Assembly (NCBI GenBank): GCA_046882085.1
Contig: JBKSNA010000027.1
Location: forward strand, 1 to 56,180
DNA: 56,180 nucleotides
From: Clostridia bacterium
GTDB taxonomy: Bacteria > Bacillota > Clostridia > Christensenellales > UBA1242
Direction of reading: 5' to 3'
Shown here: in pieces, positions 1 through 8,448 of the stretch
Numbering within the stretch: position 1 is the first letter of the stretch
How the letters are laid out: every line of letters begins with the position of its first letter
The notes under the pieces: model-generated
Told to the model about the DNA's origin: nothing
What the model saw: only the letters and a program-made list of their open reading frames with translations
The model's database searches: none
Position numbers and translations under genes: made by a program

Positions 1-50
1 AATTATGAATATTGCAAATTAATATAAATATTAATTTTTAGCGAATTTAT

Positions 51-79
51 TTGATTTATGTAGAAATATTGGGTATAAT
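51..79 (+). promoter_or_regulatory. sigma-A-type promoter candidate for the 100..4644 gene
   Basis: TTGATT (51-56), 17 nt spacer, TATAAT (74-79), just upstream of the AGGGGA ribosome-binding site at 91-96. Confidence 0.5.
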
Positions 80-99
80 AATTGAAAATCAGGGGAATT

Positions 100-3000
100 A
101 TGAAAAAATTAAAAACATTATTTTTGTTATTATGTTTGGCGTTGCCTTTTACCTTATTTGGTTGTGAAAATTCAAATAAGAATAGTGTATCCATGCCAAA
201 TTCGCTAATAGCCAACAATGGAGTGATAGTATTCCAGCATGTAACAGATGCGGATTATTACACATTATTAATTAATGACGAACCACTAATATTAGATTTC
301 AAACATAATCCTTATGTGGAGATCATTGATAATAAAATTCATTATGATGCTAATAAATTTTTCCAAGTAGGCGAGAGCTATACTATACAGGTAAAAGCTC
401 TAGCGGAAGGCAAAAGTGATAGTTCATATACTGCAGAATACCCTTATCTGCACACAGGAGTGATTAACAAACCGACTAATGTGGCTATTAATTCTACAGT
501 ACTGACTTGGGACGCGGTAGAAAATGCGAGTTACTATTTAGTGAAGATCGTTACACCTGACGATAAGCAATTATACGATAAAGAAGGAAACATTCTCACA
601 GGAGATGATTCACTAAGTATATCTAAAGCAAACATTACAGAATATCAATTCAATCGAAATAGATTTGATTTTAATTCGCTATTATCTAGTGCCGGTAATT
701 ATAATTTCTATATTTCGGCGGTATCAAACATTAATAGTGCATATTCTACTAGTGGTTACACAGCGAAGACTAGCTATCAACACAAGATCAAATTATCTGC
801 TCCGAATATTACATCGGTATCAAAGTTCGGCGATGAGTTACATATGGCGATGGTAGTAGATCCACATGCTAACGCAATGGAATTATCGTGCGGAAAGTAT
901 TATAGAGAGATCGAATTAAATAATACAGTATCAGGCGTAATACAATCAGGCAACTTATTAGATATTAACTTGAATCAATTCTTCCAAGATGTGAAAGTCG
1001 ATGATACTACATTAAATTTGAATGAGTTAAAACAATATGTATTCTCAGCTAAGGCAAAGAACTTAAGTGCAAATGGTGAAGAATTATTCTACACTGAATC
1101 TGATATGAGTAGAGAATATATATACGAAAACACTCACAAGTTGAACACTCCAAATGTGGATTTGACATTCAATAGCAAGACGGGAATGTATATATTTAGT
1201 TGGTCGACGGACGAATTAGATATTGTCAGTGGATACAAAGTATATATCATGACTGAGAGCGGATTTGAAGAAATAATATTAGATAAATCAAATACCAGCA
1301 TGATGATAGAGAAGTCTTTCACTTCTATCGGAGTACAAGCATTGGGTGTGGGTAGTAATATTTCATCAGACTTATCTCTATTCAAAGATAATACTCTGAT
1401 AACAAATGCAATAGAAAACTTAGATGTAACACTGCAAAACAATACTATTAGTTGGAATAATGTAGATGGAGCTAAGTATCTAGTGGAGTGCGGTAATAAT
1501 GTAATCGCAACAGATTACACTAGTATAGATATATCTAGATATATATCTTCAGAGTCTGACCATGCGAAAGTAATTGCATTAAAAAATGGATATAAGTCTA
1601 GCACAAATGTGATTTCTCTACACAAGGTACAGTCATTATCTGTTCCGATCATAAATACCAATCAAGGATTCGTCAGTGCTAATAAATATCTACTAACATT
1701 CACAGGTGTAAATGGTGCGATTGGATATCATGTATATGTGAAAGGTGCTACAGATGGAGATTTTGTGAAGATCAATAAGTTATTCGCATCTACTTCGATA
1801 GACTTGACTAATGAACTTAGTATTCATGCTCAAAATCAAGCATTAGCTATTAAGATTCAAGCGATAGCTGATCCTTATAGTATATTCTCTGATAGTGCAT
1901 TATCTGAAGAGGTACAATTCGCTCGTAGTGAAAAATTAGCAAAACCATTATTATTACAGCCAAATCCGGTGGCAACTGAGACAAATGCTGGAGTGGTTAA
2001 TAGAGTATTATATTTCTATGGCGTAGAGAATGCTCATTCATATGAAATATTGGTAGACTTTAGTAAAATAGTAGTTCAAGCAGATGTATTCAATCCTACT
2101 AAGCTCTACAATGTACTTATTACTGAATACATGACTAGAGTGGATAGTTATGATATCAGAGTGAGAGCTCTGCCTAATCCGAGCGATACAAGACTACTAT
2201 CTAGTGATTATGCTGAATGGCAGTATACTCTCAATAAGAGACTAAGTATGGTTACAGACTTTAGAGTAGAAGACACTAATGGAAAATATACATTATTCTA
2301 CTCTAATGTAGACGAGAATGCAGTAGCATTCAATGTAAGAATAGTAAAACTAAACGATCCACACTACGAAGCCTATCTAGAGAGTCTAGGGTTGGATAAT
2401 GAGTTTAGAATTGTTCAATCTACAGACATTACTGAATATATGCGAGAGAAAGGTGAGTATCACATATATATGACCGCGCTAGCTCAAGAAGGTAGTAAAT
2501 ATTGGAACAGTGAAGAGTCTAGTGAACCATATAGAGTAAATAAATTAAACACATTAAATACTCCTATCGACATACAATTCACTAATAGTTCTAATAGTAA
2601 TTATATAATGAGTTGGACAGGCGACGATCATGCGGATTATTATACTGTTACTATCACTCAGCCTAATATGATCAGTGCAGAATTGAAAGCGTATAATAAT
2701 TCTATTGATATTAACGAATATATCAGATTACAAGGTAGTTATACTATTAGCATTAGTGCCAAGGTGAATGCTTCTGGAGATAATGCTAAAGATTATGAGA
2801 ATGGACCAGCTGGAAGTATTACTCATTTGTATACACGAAGTGAAAAGCATGATTATAATCGTAATACTAATACGATCTATGGTACAACTTTCGACTACTT
2901 TATAGATGATGTGTCTGAGCTAAAGAATGCTCTATGGTATCATTATCTATATGGAGTGGATAATGGATTAAATAATGGTACTACTTTGTCATTATATATA

Positions 3001-4644
3001 GATACCAAGACTAAACCAGATAGTAATGAAATAGAGTCAATCAAAGAAGCATTGATGAGATTGGCGAGTGAGGCGAATGACGAAGATATTAAGCTACATA
3101 ATTTCGCTCAAGACGAAGTGTGGCTAGGACTATTGCAAGAATCAACTACTCAAGAATATGTGTTGATGGAATATATGTCTAGGACATTATTGAATCTATA
3201 TCCAGAGATGCATTCATTAAAGATGTTAGATGTGGATCATGAATCTGGAAGCAATATTTTCAACATTTCATATAAAAATGGTCTAAATGGCGAAAAATAT
3301 GCTTTAGAAGAAGATGATCTTATCAAGTTTGCTAAGGATTATGGTAATAAATTTGCTTATCTAGACAGTACCGCTAGAAGAAGTGATAATACTATATTTA
3401 AAATAGATAATAATTCTAAATATATAGAAGTAACTACTACAGAGCAATTAGTGCATGCGGTGCAGTCTGGTGCTAGACCATTATTCATTGGTAATTACAA
3501 TACAGCAGAACAAATATATAACAATGCAAAGAAAGTGTTGCTCGCCATTGTCAATGATAAAATGACAGATATAGAGAAGGTTACTCGCATATTTGATTGG
3601 CTAGAGTATGGATTCGCTATTAATACCAAGGGCGATATGATATATGACAACAATGGATATTTGGTAGATGCAGATATTGACCAATATGGCATTAGAGCAG
3701 AGTATTATCTAGAAGGAATATTTAATAATATAACAGTATCTAGTCGTGGCGGTGGAGATGGAGAGTTTTATCTAGGTAATAGAATTGCGACGAGTGAGTC
3801 ATATTCTAAAGCATTCGCATTATTGTGTGCTATCGAAGGAATAGAATGTGTGTTAGTCAATGGTGAATATGTTTACGATTCAGGTGCTCAGACTTATACT
3901 AAAGCTCATACTTGGAATAAGGTAAGACTAAGCACAACGTCAGACTTCTCTAACAAGACTTGGTACAATGTAGATCTAACATTCTCAGATAATAGAATCT
4001 ATATGAATGGAGATAAATATAATGAAGGTTCTATGTATGGTATCTCATCGCATGATTATTTCTTAGTAACAGATAATTACATGAAGAATGAAGGCAATAC
4101 TCAAGTAAAAAGTCAAAATCTTCGTTTCGTAGATAAGAACTTCATTAAGTCAAAAGTATATAGCGATACACGTGGTTGTAATACATACTATGACTATTAT
4201 TCAAATAACAGCTTCAAGATGACAAAAGATCAATTAATCAACTTGCCTAATATCGGAGCAGCATTGAGTGAAATAAGTAATATTTTAGGATTTGAATATT
4301 CTAAGGCTTATGAACAAAGTACTGTATATCGCGGATACTATGACGAACAGAATAACAATGGATTATTGGGAACTGCAACATTTGGAAATAGAGATAAATT
4401 CTTGTTCAATACATTATTGTACGCTAAGCAAATGGCATTAAATAGTGATGGCAAGGCGACAGTGGAGTTTAAGATCAGCGGAGAATCTATATTTACATCA
4501 TCGGATATATCTTATATATTTGATGTGGCTGATGATTATTATTTAGGACTGAATCTTCATCCAGATAGCAATGCAAATGGTAATATATATACTAGCTACA
4601 ATGTAGAACAAAATTGTCTAATAGTAGTATATTGCGTATCTTAA
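100..4644 (+). CDS. Giant surface lipoprotein with tandem Fn3-like modules and a C-terminal transglutaminase-like domain
   Basis: The track ORF 82..4644 starts at TTG, but the ATG at 100 follows AGGGGA and is preferred. The N-terminus MKKLKTLFLLLCLALPFTLFGC is a signal peptide plus lipobox. At least 8 modules carry W/F-x2-V-x-N/G-A-x2-Y-x-V/I (TVLTWDAVENASYYLVKI, NTISWNNVDGAKYLVEC, YIMSWTGDDHADYYTVTI). The C-terminal SKAFALLCAIEGIECVLVNGEY...AHTWNKV...WYNVDLTF resembles a transglutaminase-like core. Confidence 0.8.
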   Translation: MKKLKTLFLLLCLALPFTLFGCENSNKNSVSMPNSLIANNGVIVFQHVTDADYYTLLINDEPLILDFKHNPYVEIIDNKIHYDANKFFQVGESYTIQVKALAEGKSDSSYTAEYPYLHTGVINKPTNVAINSTVLTWDAVENASYYLVKIVTPDDKQLYDKEGNILTGDDSLSISKANITEYQFNRNRFDFNSLLSSAGNYNFYISAVSNINSAYSTSGYTAKTSYQHKIKLSAPNITSVSKFGDELHMAMVVDPHANAMELSCGKYYREIELNNTVSGVIQSGNLLDINLNQFFQDVKVDDTTLNLNELKQYVFSAKAKNLSANGEELFYTESDMSREYIYENTHKLNTPNVDLTFNSKTGMYIFSWSTDELDIVSGYKVYIMTESGFEEIILDKSNTSMMIEKSFTSIGVQALGVGSNISSDLSLFKDNTLITNAIENLDVTLQNNTISWNNVDGAKYLVECGNNVIATDYTSIDISRYISSESDHAKVIALKNGYKSSTNVISLHKVQSLSVPIINTNQGFVSANKYLLTFTGVNGAIGYHVYVKGATDGDFVKINKLFASTSIDLTNELSIHAQNQALAIKIQAIADPYSIFSDSALSEEVQFARSEKLAKPLLLQPNPVATETNAGVVNRVLYFYGVENAHSYEILVDFSKIVVQADVFNPTKLYNVLITEYMTRVDSYDIRVRALPNPSDTRLLSSDYAEWQYTLNKRLSMVTDFRVEDTNGKYTLFYSNVDENAVAFNVRIVKLNDPHYEAYLESLGLDNEFRIVQSTDITEYMREKGEYHIYMTALAQEGSKYWNSEESSEPYRVNKLNTLNTPIDIQFTNSSNSNYIMSWTGDDHADYYTVTITQPNMISAELKAYNNSIDINEYIRLQGSYTISISAKVNASGDNAKDYENGPAGSITHLYTRSEKHDYNRNTNTIYGTTFDYFIDDVSELKNALWYHYLYGVDNGLNNGTTLSLYIDTKTKPDSNEIESIKEALMRLASEANDEDIKLHNFAQDEVWLGLLQESTTQEYVLMEYMSRTLLNLYPEMHSLKMLDVDHESGSNIFNISYKNGLNGEKYALEEDDLIKFAKDYGNKFAYLDSTARRSDNTIFKIDNNSKYIEVTTTEQLVHAVQSGARPLFIGNYNTAEQIYNNAKKVLLAIVNDKMTDIEKVTRIFDWLEYGFAINTKGDMIYDNNGYLVDADIDQYGIRAEYYLEGIFNNITVSSRGGGDGEFYLGNRIATSESYSKAFALLCAIEGIECVLVNGEYVYDSGAQTYTKAHTWNKVRLSTTSDFSNKTWYNVDLTFSDNRIYMNGDKYNEGSMYGISSHDYFLVTDNYMKNEGNTQVKSQNLRFVDKNFIKSKVYSDTRGCNTYYDYYSNNSFKMTKDQLINLPNIGAALSEISNILGFEYSKAYEQSTVYRGYYDEQNNNGLLGTATFGNRDKFLFNTLLYAKQMALNSDGKATVEFKISGESIFTSSDISYIFDVADDYYLGLNLHPDSNANGNIYTSYNVEQNCLIVVYCVS

Positions 4645-4646
4645 TA

Positions 4647-4675
4647 GTATAAAATCTATCTAGTAATGCAAACTA
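4647..4675 (+). promoter_or_regulatory. Forespore (sigma-G/F-like) promoter candidate for the ger operon
   Basis: GTATA (4647-4651), 17 nt spacer, CAAACTA (4669-4675) compared with the remembered sigma-G consensus GHATR-17/18-CATxxTA (one mismatch). It ends 6 nt before the ATG at 4682, and no Shine-Dalgarno is present. Confidence 0.3.
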
Positions 4676-4681
4676 TTATCA

Positions 4682-6139
4682 ATGATAGTAGATGCAGAGA
4701 AGACTCTAGAGGAGATAAAAAAATTACTGCACGATAGTAGTGATCTCAAATCACGCAACGTGCAGTTTTTTGCTACCCCGATTACGATATGTTATTTAGC
4801 GCCGATTATAGACAATGATTTGCTCAATGAGAGCATAATTGATACGATATTGAATTTTGAGTCGGCAGATCAGAGTGCTAATGTAGTAGATACCTTGATG
4901 GATAAAGTGCTGAGCAACCAAGAAGTAGAAGAGTCTACTGATATCAATACGGCAGTCGAAAAATTATTTTCTGGTAGTGCTTTGATCCTAATCAATGGCG
5001 CGAGCAAGATTCTTAGCTGTGATGTGGAGAAGATTACCGTAAGAGCTGTAGCCGAGCCACCTACAAGTGTGGTCATCAAAGGTCCTAGAGAAGGATTTAA
5101 TGAAAGTCTAAAATATAATATAGCATTGATTAGAAAAAGGGTAAAAAGTACCGATCTAGTCGTCAAGATGATGGAGATAGGCGAGATCACCAAGACACAA
5201 GTAAGTGTGGTGTATATTGATTCTGTAGTGGACAAGAAGGTTGTAAAAGAAATAATGCGAAGACTAAGAAAAATTAAGATAGACGGAGTGGTGGATTCAC
5301 ATTATTTGGTATCGTTCTTACAAAAAAATCCGAAATCCCTATTCAAGCAAGTAGGAGATACAGAAAAACCAGATATTTTAGTCGGCAAGATGTTAGAAGG
5401 TAGAGTAGGTATTATGGTAGATGGTAGTCCTATTGCATTGACTTTACCATTTATATTGATTGAAGATCTTCAAAATGCAGATGATTATTACTCTCAACCA
5501 ATCAGAGTAACATTTGTGAGAATATTAAGACTAGTCGGAGTAATATTTGCGGTATTATTACCAGGAGTGTATGTCGCACTGGAAAAATATCACTATAAAA
5601 TAATACCTACTGAGTTCTTAGTGACAATAATGAATACAACACAAGGAATACCTTTTTCTCCATTTATTGAATTATTATTCGTGATTTTATTGTTCGAGAT
5701 ATTGTACGAGGCGAATCTTAGAATGCCACAATATTTTGGTATGGCTATGTCGATAGTGGGTGCGTTGATATTAGGGGAGACTGCAGTCAATGCGGGACTT
5801 GTTAGTCCGCCTGCAGTTATGATCGTAGCATTATCGGGCATTACATTTTATATCGTACCTAGTCAAGCTGCGCAGTTTAGTATACTCAGACTTTTAGGAC
5901 TTATAATAGGCGCGGCGGTTGGTTTGTATGGCATTCTTATATTCTGTGTTTTCTTGATATCATATTTGTCTAGTTTTGATAGTTATAATAGCGCATATTT
6001 AGCACCTACCGCACCATTCATTCGTGATGACCAAAAAGATTTATTCAGGCGGAGGATAATCAAAGAAATGAATACCCGACCTAAGTCTATAGCGAACAAT
6101 AAATCAAATCTATATAGGAGAAGTCGAGATGAAGATTAG
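4682..6139 (+). CDS. Spore germination receptor subunit A (GerA family)
   Basis: 485 aa with a soluble N-terminal half followed by a C-terminal multi-TM region, typical of GerAA/GerKA. It is followed by B- and C-type subunits with overlapping stop/start codons. Confidence 0.85.
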   Translation: MIVDAEKTLEEIKKLLHDSSDLKSRNVQFFATPITICYLAPIIDNDLLNESIIDTILNFESADQSANVVDTLMDKVLSNQEVEESTDINTAVEKLFSGSALILINGASKILSCDVEKITVRAVAEPPTSVVIKGPREGFNESLKYNIALIRKRVKSTDLVVKMMEIGEITKTQVSVVYIDSVVDKKVVKEIMRRLRKIKIDGVVDSHYLVSFLQKNPKSLFKQVGDTEKPDILVGKMLEGRVGIMVDGSPIALTLPFILIEDLQNADDYYSQPIRVTFVRILRLVGVIFAVLLPGVYVALEKYHYKIIPTEFLVTIMNTTQGIPFSPFIELLFVILLFEILYEANLRMPQYFGMAMSIVGALILGETAVNAGLVSPPAVMIVALSGITFYIVPSQAAQFSILRLLGLIIGAAVGLYGILIFCVFLISYLSSFDSYNSAYLAPTAPFIRDDQKDLFRRRIIKEMNTRPKSIANNKSNLYRRSRDED

Positions 6140-7238
6140 TTATAGGCAATTATGTATCATGATATTCCTTAGCCTGATATCAATGAAATTCTTAATATTA
6201 CCAAGTGTACTATATCGATTTAGTGAGAATATGAGTTGGGTAGTAGTATTGGTACTGATGATCATAGATGGACTATATGCGATACTTATTATCGATTTGA
6301 TGAAAAAAAGTGCGTATAGAAACATTAATGAATTTATGATTCATACCATTGGGCCGGTACTTACTAAAATATTTCTAATAATCATTTCTCTCCAACTAGC
6401 ATTGCAGATCGCCAATATCGCTAAAGGATCCGAGTTTTTTGTAGTAGAGAACTTCTACAATAACTTTAATTGGATATTGTATGTATTGCCATTGATAGCA
6501 CTGACAGCATTTATGATGTATAAAGGTATTCGCAATATTGCCAGAGTGCAAGAAGTGTTTTGTTGGGCCATCATAATAGGTTGTATCTATATAGTAATCA
6601 AGTCTATTAATGGAGTTGATCCTATGGAGTATTTGCCAATGTTCAAAGATGGAGTGACTCCTTTATTTTACAGCGGATTTAGACATATGAATTGGTTCGG
6701 ATCGTCAAGTTTTTTATTACTCTTGTTTGGCAAGGTAGACTTCAAAGACGAGAGAAAAGGTAAACTCATTAGTTATTTATTGATCGCCGTAGTCTTGGTG
6801 CAAATAGTATATTTTATTTTCTTCGGATTATTTGGTGTAACTTCTCCGACGCATACTTTTGCTATCAGTGATATTAGTCAATTCTCTTCTTCTAAGTCTA
6901 TAATAGATGAATTGTCTTGGTTGGTAGTATCTCTATGGGTGATCGCACAAGTGATGCAAATATCTGTATATGGATATTGTTTGGTGCATGCGGTCATGTT
7001 CTTGATAGGTAAAAGATGGCTGATCCCTACAATATGTCTATTAGAGATAGGAATATTTTCTCTAGGCTATATAGGGGCAGAAACTATATATATGGAGTAT
7101 ATATTCTTCACTCCATTTGCTTCAATTATTACAATTATCAGTCAGTATATTATTCCGTTGATATTGGTGGTGGGGAATATTATGAGAAATAGGAAAGAAA
7201 AGCGAGTGGCATATGAAAAAACTAAAGTCAATATTTAG
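6129..7238 (+). CDS. Spore germination receptor subunit B (GerAB-type APC-family permease)
   Basis: 369 aa, polytopic (about 10 hydrophobic helices). AGGAG lies 9 nt upstream of the ATG. It overlaps the A-subunit gene by 11 nt, in the canonical position in a gerA-type operon. Confidence 0.8.
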   Translation: MKISYRQLCIMIFLSLISMKFLILPSVLYRFSENMSWVVVLVLMIIDGLYAILIIDLMKKSAYRNINEFMIHTIGPVLTKIFLIIISLQLALQIANIAKGSEFFVVENFYNNFNWILYVLPLIALTAFMMYKGIRNIARVQEVFCWAIIIGCIYIVIKSINGVDPMEYLPMFKDGVTPLFYSGFRHMNWFGSSSFLLLLFGKVDFKDERKGKLISYLLIAVVLVQIVYFIFFGLFGVTSPTHTFAISDISQFSSSKSIIDELSWLVVSLWVIAQVMQISVYGYCLVHAVMFLIGKRWLIPTICLLEIGIFSLGYIGAETIYMEYIFFTPFASIITIISQYIIPLILVVGNIMRNRKEKRVAYEKTKVNI

Positions 7239-8448
7239 TCCTAGACATTTGATTGTTTGGATATTTTTAGTGATCCTTATTCTTACCATACCTGAGATCA
7301 CCAATCCAGCCATGAGCAAGACTGAGGCAATAGTAACAATGCTCTCAATAGATGAGATAAATGAAAAAATAATGGTCGCGACTTCTGTCTTGACACCTGC
7401 CATGGAGAAGACTGCGAATTACGAAGTTTACAAAGGAGAAGGAGATACTTTAGATGAGGCTATAGAGAATGTATCCTTAGCGATAGGTAAAAGTATCGGA
7501 TTCGCACAATGCGAGATAATGGCATTTGGAGATGGTATCAGTGAGAATAGTATTATCCCTTCACTAGACTATATGACACGTACTAGGAAGTTGGGTAGAA
7601 ATGCGATGCTAATTAATTTTAGTGGCGAAGTAGGAGAATTCGCCCAGGCGGTCGTGAATCTCAATATCGAGAAATCACTAAGTCTAGAAGATATTATGAA
7701 CTTTGACAAGAGATTCATATTATCCGAAGAAAGTAGTATTGATGCTTTTTATAAAGGATTTTTTAGCGAGATCTCATTGGGGATTATGCCGAAGATAAAA
7801 TTATCAAAAGAGAAAACTGCTAATGCTATAGAAGTGCAACAATCTAGTGTAGGTGGTGGGTCATCTACTGAACCAGGATCTGGTGGTAGTGGAGAAAGTA
7901 AGAAATTATTTATCCTAAATGATGGCACTACTAGTGTATTTAAGCGTGGTAAGAAGACCATAGAAATATCTCCTGAGAAGATAAAAGAACTAAACATCTT
8001 CCTAAACAAATCTCAAGAAGGCACACTAAAGGTGGAAGGAGTTAGCGATCATATATATAAAGATGATACAATAATATTGCATCTTAGTGAAAAATCACTT
8101 AGCTACAAACCTGAATTTAAAAATGGCAAACCTGTATACAATATAGAAGTGGATCTTACTATTTTAGTAGAAGAAGTAGTAGAAAAGTATCCTAGTAAAA
8201 AATTTCTAAGAAGGAATAAAGAATTTTTGACTGATTCGCTCATTGAGAAATTGACAGAGCAGATCAAACAAGAGGGTTTCAATACGATTAAGTATTGTCA
8301 AGAAAATCAAATCGATCTACTAAGAGTGTATGAGCAATTTTATCGCAAGAAATATAAAGAATTTAAATCGTATTATGAAAAAGAGCAAGAAAAATACCTT
8401 GACCAGATAGAGTACAATATCTCAGTCAAGGTAAGTAGTACTTATTAA
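7213..8448 (+). CDS. Spore germination receptor subunit C (Ger(x)C family), without a lipobox cysteine
   Basis: 411 aa, third gene of the ger operon, overlapping the B gene by 26 nt. It has an N-terminal hydrophobic helix and then a Ger(x)C-like start (EAIVTMLSIDEINEKIMVATSVLTP). An internal Gly/Ser linker reads GGGSSTEPGSGGSGES. There is no Cys in the first 40 residues. Confidence 0.7.
   Translation: MKKLKSIFSPRHLIVWIFLVILILTIPEITNPAMSKTEAIVTMLSIDEINEKIMVATSVLTPAMEKTANYEVYKGEGDTLDEAIENVSLAIGKSIGFAQCEIMAFGDGISENSIIPSLDYMTRTRKLGRNAMLINFSGEVGEFAQAVVNLNIEKSLSLEDIMNFDKRFILSEESSIDAFYKGFFSEISLGIMPKIKLSKEKTANAIEVQQSSVGGGSSTEPGSGGSGESKKLFILNDGTTSVFKRGKKTIEISPEKIKELNIFLNKSQEGTLKVEGVSDHIYKDDTIILHLSEKSLSYKPEFKNGKPVYNIEVDLTILVEEVVEKYPSKKFLRRNKEFLTDSLIEKLTEQIKQEGFNTIKYCQENQIDLLRVYEQFYRKKYKEFKSYYEKEQEKYLDQIEYNISVKVSSTY

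Noticed and set aside
82-99. Upstream TTG/GTG starts given by the ORF track for several genes (82, 11917, 19960-20020, 21125, 21319, 22303, 23541, 24920, 31087, 38375, 53940)
   Set aside because: In each case an internal ATG or GTG is correctly spaced from a Shine-Dalgarno sequence or a -10 box. The extension either overlaps regulatory RNA or promoter sequence, or adds residues not seen in the conserved family N-terminus.
3-218. 71-aa minus-strand ORF at the window start
   Set aside because: It lies antisense over the promoter, ribosome-binding site and signal-peptide region of the 100..4644 gene. It is Asn/Ile/Phe-rich, as expected from translating AT-rich DNA, and has no ribosome-binding site.
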